64,000 bases of DNA from the NCBI GenBank assembly GCA_049516875.1, contig JBEKSS010000010.1, positions 32,001-96,000 on the forward strand, given 5' to 3'. Below are positions 9,557-20,427 of this stretch, in pieces. Numbering within the stretch: position 1 is the first letter of the stretch; each line of letters opens with the position of its first letter. The translations under genes were made by a program, and so were the position numbers. Under the pieces are notes generated by a model. The model searched no databases. It worked only from the letters and a program-made list of their open reading frames with translations, and was not told the DNA's origin. The DNA is from Candidatus Bathyarchaeia archaeon. Its GTDB lineage: Archaea; Thermoproteota; Bathyarchaeia; Bathyarchaeales; Bathycorpusculaceae.

Positions 9557-10448
9557 CTGCACGGAAGTGAGAGCAATGACAATTCAGTTAAGTTCTTCAT
9601 GTCTGTTCAACCTCGATTTTACTCTTTGCTGCGGACAGACGTTCAGATGGGACAAGCATGGGGAGTGGTGGTACGGCGTCGTTGGAGAAGAAGTGTGTAA
9701 AATACGTCAGAAGTTTGAAACGTTAGAGTTTGAACGTGTAAACGCGAGTTTTGTCGAAAACTACTTTCGCTTACACGATGATTTGCCAAAAATACTCTCG
9801 CGTATCAACAAGGACAAGAACATTGAAGCAGCCATAAGCGAGTTCAGAGGTTTGCGCATCCTCCGTCAAGAACCTTGGGAATGCCTGATTTCATACATCT
9901 GTGCGACGTACAAGAGCATCTCAGCAATAAAGCGCATGTTGGCTGATCTTTCCAAAAGATTTGGAGAAGAAATCTGCCTAAACAGCCATGACTTTTACAC
10001 TTTTCCAAAACCAGCAGAGCTTGCAAGAGCAAGCGTGAAGGAGCTGGCGGCTTGCGGTCTGGGCTACCGAGCCAAGTACGTCTCTGAAACAGCAAAGCTC
10101 ATCTATGAAGACACTTTCGACCTTGAACGCTTGAAAAAAACAACTTATGAAAAAGTCAAAGAAGAATTGATGAATCTTCCAGGCGTAGGACCAAAGGTGG
10201 CAGATTGCGTCTTACTGTTTTCTTTGGAAAAACTTGAGGCTTTTCCCGTCGATGTGTGGATAAGACGAGTTATTCTGAAGTACTATGCAAGGCACTTTCC
10301 AGACGAATTCGTCAAGAAGATTTCTGCCCAAGAATCGCTAAGCAGTTCCGAGTATGAGAAATTGAGCTCCTTCGGAAGAGAATACTTCGGCAGCTATGCA
10401 GGATACGCGCAAGAGTACCTGTATCATTATGAACGCATGCAACACTAG
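9546..10448 (+). CDS. ogg1: 8-oxoguanine DNA glycosylase (OGG1 family, HhH-GPD)
   Basis: TLCCGQTFRW, GLGYRAKY, LPGVGPKVADC, PVDVW and YAGYAQEYLY. Confidence 0.9.
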   Translation: MKLDCTEVRAMTIQLSSSCLFNLDFTLCCGQTFRWDKHGEWWYGVVGEEVCKIRQKFETLEFERVNASFVENYFRLHDDLPKILSRINKDKNIEAAISEFRGLRILRQEPWECLISYICATYKSISAIKRMLADLSKRFGEEICLNSHDFYTFPKPAELARASVKELAACGLGYRAKYVSETAKLIYEDTFDLERLKKTTYEKVKEELMNLPGVGPKVADCVLLFSLEKLEAFPVDVWIRRVILKYYARHFPDEFVKKISAQESLSSSEYEKLSSFGREYFGSYAGYAQEYLYHYERMQH

Positions 10449-10619
10449 TTTGGGATTTCACACGCGTGCCAGAAACTTACCCAACACTTGTTTTTTTTCA
10501 ACCCGATAAAACCTTGCATTCAAGAGGAACGATAGACTCTTCAAGCCTTAAATAATCTAAACCCGGAAAACGTTTAAATTAACTTAAAAACAGCATAATA
10601 AGAGAAAACAGGCAAACGC

Positions 10620-10713
10620 GGGCCCGTAGCTCAGCTAGGTAGAGCGCCAGGCTCATAAGCGCACGAAGCGTTCAGAAACCTGTTGATCCCCGGTTCAAAT
10701 CCGGGCGGGCCCA
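10620..10713 (+). tRNA. tRNA with CAT anticodon, probably tRNA-Ile2 (agmatidine-modified), with a 20-nt intron at 37/38 (10658-10677)
   Basis: GGGCCCG/CGGGCCC acceptor stem, D arm GCTC..GAGC, CT-CAT-A loop interrupted by the intron, T arm CCCGG-TTCAAAT-CCGGG. A GGGCCC acceptor favours Ile2 over Met. TTTAAA box upstream. Confidence 0.92.
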
Positions 10714-10784
10714 CATCTCCAAGAATCAGAAGAACGGTTATGTTCACATTGCGCACTTTTCTGATAGAGCCCCATAACGAAACG

Positions 10785-11264
10785 CTATTCTTCAAGCTTC
10801 AGAACAAGATGTGCAACTCTTCTCCCGAGTTCTCTGCAGTATTCAATCTCTTTTGCGTGCGGGGCGCCTACGGCTGCCGAGCCAAAATGCTTGTCATCCG
10901 ATCTGCCCTGAATAATCATGCCGTGGACTAGCATGGTTTCAAGAATGGCGAGGAGTGTGGTTTCTGCCCCCGTTGCCGTCCCACCTGAGCTTGTGAAAGC
11001 CGCCCCGACTTTTCCTTCAAGCTTCCCGTGTATTTTGACCGAACTGTCGATAAAAGCCTTGAGTTTACCAGACATTTGCCCATAGTATGTCGGTGAACCC
11101 ATTATGATCCCGCCGGAGCTGCACAGGTCATCCAAGCTTGCCTGTTCAACCTTTTTCACGGTCACCTCAACATTCTTAATCTGCTTAACGCCCTCTGCAA
11201 CTGCAAACGCCATTTTCTCAGTGTTCCCACCCTCGGAATCATACACAACTAAAACTCTTGCCAT
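10785..11264 (-). CDS. Flavodoxin-like NAD(P)H-dependent oxidoreductase (WrbA family)
   Basis: YDSEGGNTEKMA, GSPTYYG and GKVGAAFTSSGG. Confidence 0.88.
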   Translation of the reverse strand: MARVLVVYDSEGGNTEKMAFAVAEGVKQIKNVEVTVKKVEQASLDDLCSSGGIIMGSPTYYGQMSGKLKAFIDSSVKIHGKLEGKVGAAFTSSGGTATGAETTLLAILETMLVHGMIIQGRSDDKHFGSAAVGAPHAKEIEYCRELGRRVAHLVLKLEE

Positions 11265-11639
11265 CTTGCCTCACAGCTTGAGTTCTTATGTTTGAATCAT
11301 GTTTTAAATCTTGAGTAACTATGCTCTGATGGGCTTTTTTGGCTGAATAGAACATTGTTCCACAAGCTATAAGTGTCAAAGAGTCGCTTTAAAATGAAGA
11401 TGAGGGAGATGGTAGCTTTACTCACGAGGGGAGAAAGGAGAGAAGGGAGCAAAAATTAACTACCATTTCCCTCATTCAAGTTCCATTATTCACACGTAGG
11501 TTGCTTTTAAGTTTTTCTTCGATTTTTGAATCGAATCTACACAAAACTAAAACATAAAGTTCTTTTGGCTGCTGCGCGCCTATTTTCTTCTTTGGATTTC
11601 TCTGTTTTCATGAAAAGCGCGTCTATCGACCTAGATTCA

Positions 11640-12224
11640 CTATGTTAAGATCGTTCTAGTTTGATTCTGAAAGATTCCCTTGATGATATCGTCAACCGTC
11701 AGTATCTTCGCGTTGTAGATGTTTTTTAAATATTTCAATCCTTGTTCGTGGTCCTCTTGCGTGAAAGCTTCCACGCCGTCCTTCGCCACTATTATCCCAT
11801 AGCCCCTGAAGAACGCATCGGCAGCCGTGTGCCTGACGCATATGTTAGTGTGTAACCCGGTCAGGATGACTGTTTTAACGCCTTCCCCACGGTACAGACT
11901 CCTAAGCAGCATGTCCAAGCCTGTTTCGTGAAAGCCACTGTACGTTCGCTTTTCAACAATGTAATCTTTTTTTTGAGGTCTGAGCTCAGGGATGACTTCT
12001 GCTCCTTTTGTGCCCTTTATCGCGTGTTTTCCCCATCTTTCAACGACTTCTTCATCAACGGGAAGGTGTGCATCGTTGCTGTAAATGACGGGCACTCTGT
12101 GTTTGTGAGCGGCTACTACCAACTTTTTCAGGTTTGGAATGATGTGCTTGGCCCTTTCACACTTCAAACCTCCGGTGACGAAGTCGTTTAGCATGTCAAG
12201 AACAATCACAGCTTGGTTGTTCAA
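11640..12224 (-). CDS. Isochorismatase-family cysteine hydrolase
   Basis: LDMLNDF, EKRTYSGF and GLHTNICVRHTAADA; likely TTG start at 12224. Confidence 0.9.
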   Translation of the reverse strand: MNNQAVIVLDMLNDFVTGGLKCERAKHIIPNLKKLVVAAHKHRVPVIYSNDAHLPVDEEVVERWGKHAIKGTKGAEVIPELRPQKKDYIVEKRTYSGFHETGLDMLLRSLYRGEGVKTVILTGLHTNICVRHTAADAFFRGYGIIVAKDGVEAFTQEDHEQGLKYLKNIYNAKILTVDDIIKGIFQNQTRTILT

Positions 12225-12280
12225 AGATTCAGATCCTTGGTAGACTCTGTTGCGAAGCATGAAAAAAAGTTTATGGTATA

Positions 12281-13351
12281 TTACTTTTCAGCTTCCAGAG
12301 TATACGGGCCTTTTGTGAGCTTCTCGGCTTTCTCTTCTTGCACGAGAACAGTGTCTTCTATGCGAATGCCTCCTAAGTTCGGAATGTATATGCCAGGCTC
12401 ATTTGTCACAACGTTTCCGGCAACTAATCTGTCCTTACTCGTAGCTGAGAGCGTGGGAGGTTCATGAATTTCCAATCCTACGCCGTGACCTAGGCCGTGG
12501 TCATACGGTACGTATCCTGCATCTTGTATCGTTTTCCTGGCTATTTGATCTATGTCTTTGGCTTTCGCTTTGGCCTTTATGGCTTGATAGGCTTTTTCCT
12601 GGGCTGTCTTGACAGTTTCGTACATTCTTTCTTGCTTCTCGGAGGGCTTTCCAGCCACCATGGTTCTTGTCATGTCGGAACAGTAATGTTCATAGATGGC
12701 GCCTATATCCACGACGACAAGATCGCCTTTGCCAATTTTTCGGTTCGCGCATCCGCCGTGAGGATACGCTGAACGGATACCTGAAGCGACGATGGTGTCG
12801 AATCCTGTTCCCCAACCTCCCTCCTTGCGCATCGCATACTCGATTTCCGCTGCAACTTCAATTTCGGTCACTCCCGGTTTTATGGTCTTATACGCTGCCT
12901 GCATGCCCACACTAGTTATTTTTCCGGCTTTTCGCATAAGTGGGAGTTCTTTCTCATCTTTCACTTTGCGCAGCTTCCAGATGAGACCGCCTTCCACCTT
13001 CAATCTGGCGCGCCCGCGGAGACCTTTGGCGAGTAGGCGATAGTAATCGTAGCTCAAGGTGTCTATCGCGAGTTTCTCGATCTTGAAAGCCTTGAGCATT
13101 GGAGCAAGTCTTTCAGTCAGTTTTTCGCCCGCTTTGAGAAGTTCAACTTTGAAACCTCTTGCTTCCGCCTTTGTCTGTTCGTAATTGACACCGTATGCGT
13201 AGACGGTGCTTTCGCCTTTCCTTGGAATCAGCAGGCAGAAGGCTCCCGGGGTTCCAGTCAAATATAACAGATTTTTTTCGTTGCCAACCAAAAATGCGCC
13301 AAACCCCTTCTCTTCGAAAGCCAATTCCCTGAGAACATCTACTCTATCCAT
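12281..13351 (-). CDS. Xaa-Pro aminopeptidase (M24B)
   Basis: DIGA..YCSDMTRT, HGLGHGVGLEIHE, TNEPGIY and RIED. Confidence 0.93.
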   Translation of the reverse strand: MDRVDVLRELAFEEKGFGAFLVGNEKNLLYLTGTPGAFCLLIPRKGESTVYAYGVNYEQTKAEARGFKVELLKAGEKLTERLAPMLKAFKIEKLAIDTLSYDYYRLLAKGLRGRARLKVEGGLIWKLRKVKDEKELPLMRKAGKITSVGMQAAYKTIKPGVTEIEVAAEIEYAMRKEGGWGTGFDTIVASGIRSAYPHGGCANRKIGKGDLVVVDIGAIYEHYCSDMTRTMVAGKPSEKQERMYETVKTAQEKAYQAIKAKAKAKDIDQIARKTIQDAGYVPYDHGLGHGVGLEIHEPPTLSATSKDRLVAGNVVTNEPGIYIPNLGGIRIEDTVLVQEEKAEKLTKGPYTLEAEK

Positions 13352-13412
13352 CGTTTTTCACCGTTAGGAAAGAAGTCGTTTAGCATTCTAGGCTAAAATG
13401 CTTTGCCCTTTT

Positions 13413-13712
13413 TTATCCGCCGCTTACAATCGGCATTAAGACCACGTGATCTCCATTCTTGAGTTTCGTTTCAACCCCATTCAACTGATTAAGCAGGTAA
13501 CCGTTAACAGTGGCTATGAAATTCGACTTTATGTCTTTGCCACCAGCTTCATAAACAGCCTTCTTGAACGATTCCCCATGTCTCTCAGAGAGCACAACAA
13601 GCAAGTCGCTGATTGAGGAGTCATCTTCTATGTCAATCTCCTCCTCTCGTCTGCTCTCTAGTATGTTCTTGATGTGACCCAGGTACTCGACTTTAACTCT
13701 CAAACCAGGCAC
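13413..13712 (-). CDS. MoaD/ThiS/SAMP ubiquitin-like sulfur carrier
   Basis: Beta-grasp size, VNG motif and C-terminal PIVSGG. Confidence 0.9.
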   Translation of the reverse strand: MPGLRVKVEYLGHIKNILESRREEEIDIEDDSSISDLLVVLSERHGESFKKAVYEAGGKDIKSNFIATVNGYLLNQLNGVETKLKNGDHVVLMPIVSGG

Positions 13713-13843
13713 CAGAACGCCGTTAATATCTAGATTTGAGGTCGATATATATCTGTTTCAGTGCCGCTCTCAGTTTTTGAACAGCGTAGCGTTCGGATAA
13801 TTCTTTTATGCTTCCCAGACAGTCTAGATTTGAGGTGCTCTCA

Positions 13844-15526
13844 TTGACATACGATAAGCAAAAACTGGATGAAATCTCTCAGCGCAAGGAAAAATGGGAA
13901 ACAGAGACAGTTCAAAAAAGCTTTGACAAGCTTCCAGAGAGAGGCGAGTTTTCAACGACCTCTCACATACCTGTAAGTCGAGTTTACTCTCCGATCGACG
14001 TCGCAGACGTCGATTACTTGCGTGACTTGGGGTTTCCAGGAGAGTTTCCATTCACCCGAGGCGTCTATCCAACGATGTACCGAGCGAGACTATGGACCAT
14101 GCGGCAGTATGCAGGCTTCGGCACCGCGGAGCAGACAAATCAACGCTTCAAGTACTTGCTGAGCCATGGGCAAACGGGATTGAGCGTGGCTTTTGATTTT
14201 CCAACGCAGGTTGGCTACGACTGTGACCATCCGATGGCGCTCGGCGAGGTCGGTAAGGTAGGTGTCAGTGCAAGCACGTTACGGGACATGGAAGTCCTGT
14301 TTGACGGAATTCCTCTTGACAAGGTTACTACTTCAATGACCATTAACGCTCCGGCAAACGTTCTACTTGCAATGTACGCTATAGTAGGGCAGAAGCAGGG
14401 GGTTGAGGGAGCCCGGCTCGGGGGGACGGTTCAGAATGACGTTCTAAAAGAATACGTTGCTAGAGGCATGTACATTTTCCCGCCTAAGCCCTCGATGCGT
14501 ATGGTAACAGACATTTTCGAGTACTGCTCCCAGAACATGCCCCAGTGGAACACTATCAGCATAAGCGGGTACCACATTCGGGAGGCAGGTTCCACAGCAG
14601 TTCAGGAAGTCGCATTCACCCTTGCCAACGCCATAGCGTACGTACAGGCCGCCATTGACAAGGGGCTGGATTTAGACAGGTTCGCCGGCAGGCTGTCATT
14701 CTTTTTCGCAGCACACAGCAACTTCCTCGAAGAAATTGCGAAGTTCAGGGCTGCACGTCGCCTATGGGCGCGAATTATGAGGGATCGCTTCGGAGCCAAG
14801 AACCCAAATTCCTGGATGCTGCGGTTCCACACCCAGACTTCAGGTGTATCACTGACGGCCCAACAGCCCCACAACAACATTGTACGCGTCGCGCTACAGG
14901 CGTTATCAGCCGTCCTGGGCGGAACGCAGTCTCTACATACGAACTCTTTTGATGAAGCTTATGCGCTGCCAAGTGAACAAGCAGTCACCGTTGCTCTAAG
15001 AACACAGCAGATAATCGCTCACGAGAGCGACGTGATAGAGACTGCAGATCCACTGGCAGGTTCCTACTACATTGAGTCTTTGACCAATGAGATTGAGGAA
15101 AGAGCTCAGAAATACATTGAACACATCGACGGCATGGGCGGAGCAGTTGCAGCTATCGAGAAAGGATTTATGCAGCGTGAAATCACCGAGAGCGCCTACC
15201 GTTTCCAGAAGGAGGTTGAAACCAAGAAGCGAATCGTGGTAGGTGTGAACGACTTCCTCAGCGAAGAGAAGGTTCCGATGAAACTGTTACAGATTGACCC
15301 AACGATTGAAAAAAGGCTTGTTGAACAATTGAAGCTGGTTAAACAGCGAAGAAACGAAACCAAGACACAGGAAGCCTTACTTAAGCTTCGAGGTGCGACT
15401 GAACAAGAAAATGTGAACCTGATGCCTTTCATACTCGAAGCCGCAAAGGGATATGCAACCTTAGGCGAGATCTGCGGCACTTTGCGTCAGGTTTTTGGTG
15501 AGTACAAACCGCCTTCTATATTTTAG
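13844..15526 (+). CDS. mcmA: Methylmalonyl-CoA mutase, large (substrate-binding) subunit
   Basis: [17 protein letters not shown] (Tyr typical of MCM), [18 protein letters not shown] and [10 protein letters not shown]. No B12-binding domain. GAGGTG SD before TTG 13844. Confidence 0.92.
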   Translation: MTYDKQKLDEISQRKEKWETETVQKSFDKLPERGEFSTTSHIPVSRVYSPIDVADVDYLRDLGFPGEFPFTRGVYPTMYRARLWTMRQYAGFGTAEQTNQRFKYLLSHGQTGLSVAFDFPTQVGYDCDHPMALGEVGKVGVSASTLRDMEVLFDGIPLDKVTTSMTINAPANVLLAMYAIVGQKQGVEGARLGGTVQNDVLKEYVARGMYIFPPKPSMRMVTDIFEYCSQNMPQWNTISISGYHIREAGSTAVQEVAFTLANAIAYVQAAIDKGLDLDRFAGRLSFFFAAHSNFLEEIAKFRAARRLWARIMRDRFGAKNPNSWMLRFHTQTSGVSLTAQQPHNNIVRVALQALSAVLGGTQSLHTNSFDEAYALPSEQAVTVALRTQQIIAHESDVIETADPLAGSYYIESLTNEIEERAQKYIEHIDGMGGAVAAIEKGFMQREITESAYRFQKEVETKKRIVVGVNDFLSEEKVPMKLLQIDPTIEKRLVEQLKLVKQRRNETKTQEALLKLRGATEQENVNLMPFILEAAKGYATLGEICGTLRQVFGEYKPPSIF

Positions 15527-16077
15527 TTTATTACGAAAAGCGTTTCGCTTTCGTTCACAGGCGTCCCTTCAGCAACGTTTACCTCTTGGACGATTCCTGC
15601 CTTTGGTGCCGAGATTTCGTTCTCCATTTTCATGGCTTCAATCACGCATAAGACTTGACCAGCCTTAACTTGGTCACCCTTCTTCACTTTAACTTGAACA
15701 ATCTTGCCTGTCATAGGCGCGGTCACTGCACCTTCAACAGCGATCTTCCTATTCGTGCCAGTTTTCTTCATTGCCGCTTGTGATGTTGGTTCAAAACCTA
15801 TCAATGCCTGTCTCCTGCTGGCAATCTTCACTTCCACTTCAAACCCGGTGTCTTCAACCTTGACCGGAATCTTTTTTCCTTCGACTTTAGGCAGTTCGAC
15901 CTTGTAGGTTTTGCCATCTATTTCTATGGTAAATGCTTTCTCTGATACGATTCCATTTTCTTGAAGCTTGATTTCCCGAGGTTTGCCGTCTATCTTGGCT
16001 GCGTAAGAGTTCGGGGATGTTCTTGTCAGTTCGATTCTCCGTGGCTTGCCGTCTATGACGGCTTCGTAATCAGGCAT
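15523..16077 (-). CDS. Biotin carboxyl carrier protein (1.3S-like)
   Basis: EAMKMENEI biotinylation motif. Confidence 0.93.
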   Translation of the reverse strand: MPDYEAVIDGKPRRIELTRTSPNSYAAKIDGKPREIKLQENGIVSEKAFTIEIDGKTYKVELPKVEGKKIPVKVEDTGFEVEVKIASRRQALIGFEPTSQAAMKKTGTNRKIAVEGAVTAPMTGKIVQVKVKKGDQVKAGQVLCVIEAMKMENEISAPKAGIVQEVNVAEGTPVNESETLFVIN

Positions 16078-16078
16078 G

Positions 16079-17623
16079 CTAGGCGCCTCTTTCCGTCAGG
16101 TTTTGGCGACCAGCGAGTACCCAAGGCGATATCACGCCTTTGGGCCGCCGTTGTACTAGTGCCTGCAAGCTCGAGTTGCGTGTGGTGAAGGTGGCGATTG
16201 TGGCCGACAGTGCTGCAACTTCTTCAAGCTCGGCAAGCCTTTCAGGCGGGATTGTTGTCTTGATCTCTTCGCGTTTGGCTTTTCTCCTTTTGAAGAATTC
16301 CAATGCTGTTTGCGGAAAGAGTGCATAGGTAATCTTGTCTTCCTCGGTCTCTAAGTAGGGCTTCACATCACCCGGGATCTTGTCTAGTGCAGGCTCCAGC
16401 AGGTCGGCTGGACGGCCCGTTATGGGTTCTTCGTCACCGATGATTTTCTTCTTGACGTGGGGGTCAATCGGTGCTGGAGGTTTTCCATACAGGCCTCGGA
16501 CATAGTCTTTTATTTCTTTTGGGACAATGCCGTAGCGTTTACCTGAAATGACATTTAGAACAGCTTGTATCCCTACAAGCTGGCTGGTCGGCGTTACGAG
16601 CGGCGGATATCCAAGTTCTTTTCTGACTCTAGGCACTTCTTCAAGCACTTCGTTAAGTCTGTCGAGTGCTTTTTGCTCGCGTAGTTGCTCCAGCAAGTTA
16701 GAAAACATTCCGCCAGGAATCTGATGAACGATTATTGATGCATCGACTCGTTCAGCTTTTGGATCGATCAGTCTTAATGGATCGTAGTATTTTTCGCGCA
16801 GTTCTCGGAAATACTGTGCTATTTCGTCCAGAAGTTCATTGTCTAAGCCTGTGTCATACGGGGTTCCCTTAAGCGCTGCCACAACAGACTCAACAGGCGG
16901 CTGGGATGTGCCCCACGCCAGTGGCGAGAAAGCGGTGTCGAGGATGTCTACGCCTGCTTCACATGAGCGCAGGTAGGTCATCATGACCATTCCGCTTGTG
17001 CTGTGGCTGTGCAAGTGCACGGGCAAGCCTACTTCCCTTTTCAAAGCCCTGATAAGGTCGTATGCAGGCTGCGGCGCGAGCATACCGGCCATGTCTTTTA
17101 TGCAGATGGAGTCACAGTCTAACTCAGCCAGTTTTCTCGCGAATTCTACAAAGTGTTCGACAGTGTGGACTGGACTTATTGTGTAACTGATTGTTCCTTG
17201 AACATGTTTACCGACTCTCTTGACTGTTTTAATGGCGACTTCCATGTTTCTAACGTCGTTCAAGGCATCGAATATTCTGAAAATCTCAACACCATTTTCA
17301 GCAGCCTTTTCCACGAACTTTATGACAACATCATCGGGGTAGTTGCGATAACCGACAACATTTTGTCCGCGCAACAGCATTTGTAGAGGTGTTCGTTTGA
17401 CATGCTGTCTCAGCTTTCGTATGCGTTCCCAAGGGTCTTCATTTAGAAAACGTATTGCAACGTCGAAGGTTGCACCTCCCCATGCCTCAAGCGAGAAAAA
17501 GCCGACTTGATCCATTTTTTCAGCTATTGGAAGCATTGTTTCGGTTCGCATTCTCGTGGCTAGCAGGCTTTGATGCGCGTCTCGGAATGTCGTGTCGGTG
17601 ATTTTAACAGGTTTCGAGGCCAA
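16079..17623 (-). CDS. Pyruvate/oxaloacetate carboxyltransferase (PycB / OadA / transcarboxylase 5S-like) with no biotinyl domain
   Basis: DTTFRDAHQSL, WGGATFD, IKDMAG, HLHSH, IPGGM and PPLVTPTSQ. Confidence 0.92.
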   Translation of the reverse strand: MASKPVKITDTTFRDAHQSLLATRMRTETMLPIAEKMDQVGFFSLEAWGGATFDVAIRFLNEDPWERIRKLRQHVKRTPLQMLLRGQNVVGYRNYPDDVVIKFVEKAAENGVEIFRIFDALNDVRNMEVAIKTVKRVGKHVQGTISYTISPVHTVEHFVEFARKLAELDCDSICIKDMAGMLAPQPAYDLIRALKREVGLPVHLHSHSTSGMVMMTYLRSCEAGVDILDTAFSPLAWGTSQPPVESVVAALKGTPYDTGLDNELLDEIAQYFRELREKYYDPLRLIDPKAERVDASIIVHQIPGGMFSNLLEQLREQKALDRLNEVLEEVPRVRKELGYPPLVTPTSQLVGIQAVLNVISGKRYGIVPKEIKDYVRGLYGKPPAPIDPHVKKKIIGDEEPITGRPADLLEPALDKIPGDVKPYLETEEDKITYALFPQTALEFFKRRKAKREEIKTTIPPERLAELEEVAALSATIATFTTRNSSLQALVQRRPKGVISPWVLAGRQNLTERGA

Positions 17624-17687
17624 GCTGATTTGCTTCCTGTCATTGTCTTTATTTTGGATGTGAAAAATGAGTTGAAGCTCTATTAAT

Positions 17688-19256
17688 TTATAATGGTACG
17701 TTTGAGTGTTTTCTGGATGGACGAGATTCGCGTTTTGTAGCTAGACTTTCGAGGGCGCTGATGAGCTTCATTCGGGTTTCCGAGGGTATGATGACCTCGT
17801 CTATGTACCCTTTCTGCGCGGCAATATATGGGCTTGCAAATTTCTGGCGGTACTCACTCACAAGCTCGTTGTGTTTCTGTTGAGGGTCTTTGGCTTCTGC
17901 AATTTCCTTTCTGAAAATTATGTTGATGGCCCCGTGAGGACCCATGACCGCGATTTCGGCTGTCGGCCAAGCATAGTTGATGTCGGCGCCTGAGTGTTTG
18001 CTTCCCATCACGTCATAAGCTCCACCGTAGTCTTTTCTGAGGATAACCGTTATCTTTGGCACTGTGGCTTCACAATAAGCGTACAGAAGTTTGGAGCCGT
18101 GTTTGATTATTCCGCCATGCTCTTGTTCAATACCAGGCAAGAAGCCGGGCACGTCTACGAATGTTATTATTGGGATATTGAAGGCGTCGCAGAAACGGAC
18201 GAACCTGCCTGCTTTCATTGAACTGCTAATGTCTAATGCCCCAGCGTAGTGCGCAGGTTGATTAGCTACTATTCCTATGGCTTTCCTGTTTAGACGCGCG
18301 AAGCCTATCACAATGTTCTGTGCCCACAGAGGTTGAATTTCGAAGAATTCACCGTTGTCTACTACCCGAAAGATGATTTCTTTCACGTCATAAGGTTTGT
18401 CAGGGTCGTCTGGAAGCACCTTGACCAAGCCTTCATCGACGCGGTTCGGATCGTCTCCAGTTTCAACAACAGGAGGATCCTCCAAGTAGTTGCTGGGCAA
18501 GTAGCTTAGAATCTTCTTGATGATTTGGATGCACTGCTGTTCGTCTTTTGCGATGAAGTGGGCAACGCCGCTGGTTTGACTGTGAACCATGGCCCCACCA
18601 AGGTCTTCGAAAGACACTTCTTGCCCTAGCACCGTTCTTACCACGTCTGGGCCTGTGATAAACATGTGGCTTGTCTTATCCACCATGATTATGAAGTCAG
18701 TTAAGGCTGGTGAATAGACAGCCCCCCCGGCACAAGGCCCCATTACGGCAGAAATCTGTGGCACTACCCCTGAGCTTATCACGTTTCTGAAAAAGATGTC
18801 ACCGTACCCTGCGAGGCTTGCCACACCTTCTTGAATCCTAGCTCCGCCAGAGTCGTTCAAGCCTATGACTGGTGCGCCTGTTTTCAAAGCCAAATCCATT
18901 AGTTTGCAGACTTTCTTTGCAAACATCTCGCCCAAAGAACCTCCGAAGACCGTGAAGTCCTGCGAGAAGACATAGACGAGTCTACCGTCTATCGTCCCGT
19001 AGCCTGTTACCACGCCGTCGCCGAGGAATTTTCGGTCGGACATGCCAAATTCTATGCAGTGGTGGACAACAAACTGGTCAATCTCGTTGAAGCTGCCTTG
19101 GTCAAGCAAGAGTTCGATGCGTTCTCTAGCCGATAACTTGCCTTTAGCATGCTGTTCTTCGATTCTTTTCTTTCCACCACCCAGTTTGGCCTGCTCTCTT
19201 AAACCGTCCAACTGTTTGATCTTCTCATCGGCTGAAGGTTCTTTTGTTGCGGTCAT
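17688..19256 (-). CDS. Methylmalonyl-CoA carboxyltransferase (12S / PccB / MmdA family)
   Basis: [30 protein letters not shown] and KHSNVPL. Confidence 0.93.
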   Translation of the reverse strand: MTATKEPSADEKIKQLDGLREQAKLGGGKKRIEEQHAKGKLSARERIELLLDQGSFNEIDQFVVHHCIEFGMSDRKFLGDGVVTGYGTIDGRLVYVFSQDFTVFGGSLGEMFAKKVCKLMDLALKTGAPVIGLNDSGGARIQEGVASLAGYGDIFFRNVISSGVVPQISAVMGPCAGGAVYSPALTDFIIMVDKTSHMFITGPDVVRTVLGQEVSFEDLGGAMVHSQTSGVAHFIAKDEQQCIQIIKKILSYLPSNYLEDPPVVETGDDPNRVDEGLVKVLPDDPDKPYDVKEIIFRVVDNGEFFEIQPLWAQNIVIGFARLNRKAIGIVANQPAHYAGALDISSSMKAGRFVRFCDAFNIPIITFVDVPGFLPGIEQEHGGIIKHGSKLLYAYCEATVPKITVILRKDYGGAYDVMGSKHSGADINYAWPTAEIAVMGPHGAINIIFRKEIAEAKDPQQKHNELVSEYRQKFASPYIAAQKGYIDEVIIPSETRMKLISALESLATKRESRPSRKHSNVPL

Positions 19257-19470
19257 ACATTATTCCCTCAGTTTTGGCAGTAATATTGTCCTATTAAGTA
19301 TTTAGAACATATGGAGATTCTTGGAAATGCGCCCCAAGCTTTTGCGGAAGACTGATTTAGCCTCCAAATCTGACAGCGCGCGCTCAACAGGAAAGACATA
19401 TGCGTATTGAACACCACTTCTCTTTGGAGACGTGTGCCCTGTCTTGCGTAGAACAGTCACTGCAGATTCG

Positions 19471-20427
19471 ATGACACATCCCACGGGCCCTTCATCACCT
19501 GTCAAGAAAATTGTGGCTATTCTGCTAGTTGCAGTAATTCTTGGTTTTCTTCTGTTGAACGCTCCATCCCCATTGCAGATTTTTCAGAGAATGTTTGGAT
19601 TGCACAGATATCCAACCTACAGCCATGACGAACTGGTGAATTATGCATTGTCCCTCGTCAATTCTGACAGATCCCAAAACGGCCAATCAAACGTAAGCCT
19701 CAGTTCGGTTAGCTCAGGCCAACAGCATGCCGACGACATGCTTGAACACCACTACTTCAGCCATTGGGACGTGAATGGCTACAAACCATACATGAGGTAC
19801 ACGTTGGCCGAAGGAAGAGGCTCCGTGGAAGAAAACATCGCATGGTACCATAGCAGTGGTTCTTTTGATGCAAAAGAAGTGTTGAAAGATTTGGAATGGC
19901 AGATGATGTACAACGACTCTGGATCTAGTAATGGTCACATGTTCAACATTCTGAGCACTTCACACAACAGGGTCAATGTTGGAATAGCCCTCGACAGGAA
20001 CAACCTATACTTGGTCCAAGACTTTGAAAACGACTACGTACAATGGTCGACTTTCAATGTTTCCACAGACAATGAAGTGACAATGATAGGGATGCTGCAA
20101 GGAAAAAGTCTGTCAGTGAAACAGATGAGCATCTTCTACGATAGCCTACCCATAAACCTGACATCCGAGCAACTAGAACAGCCTCCGCACAGTGATGGCT
20201 ATAGCGCGGGCGGCTTTGTAGGCATGGCTCTTCCGGCAGGGTACAGGTCACCCAATGGCGTTACGATTGCAGCACAAACATGGACTCAAACTGGCCAAGC
20301 ACTACAAATACTGTTCGACATTTCTCCAGCTCTCGACGCACACGGCAAAGGCGTCTACACGTTATACCTTCAACCAAGCGCAAGTACATTGGACGCGCTG
20401 ACAAGTTACTCAATTTGGTACACCTAA
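19471..20427 (+). CDS. Membrane-anchored CAP/SCP domain protein
   Basis: N-terminal TM, LVNSDR, QHADDMLEHHYFSHW, ENIA and GHMFNIL. Confidence 0.85.
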   Translation: MTHPTGPSSPVKKIVAILLVAVILGFLLLNAPSPLQIFQRMFGLHRYPTYSHDELVNYALSLVNSDRSQNGQSNVSLSSVSSGQQHADDMLEHHYFSHWDVNGYKPYMRYTLAEGRGSVEENIAWYHSSGSFDAKEVLKDLEWQMMYNDSGSSNGHMFNILSTSHNRVNVGIALDRNNLYLVQDFENDYVQWSTFNVSTDNEVTMIGMLQGKSLSVKQMSIFYDSLPINLTSEQLEQPPHSDGYSAGGFVGMALPAGYRSPNGVTIAAQTWTQTGQALQILFDISPALDAHGKGVYTLYLQPSASTLDALTSYSIWYT

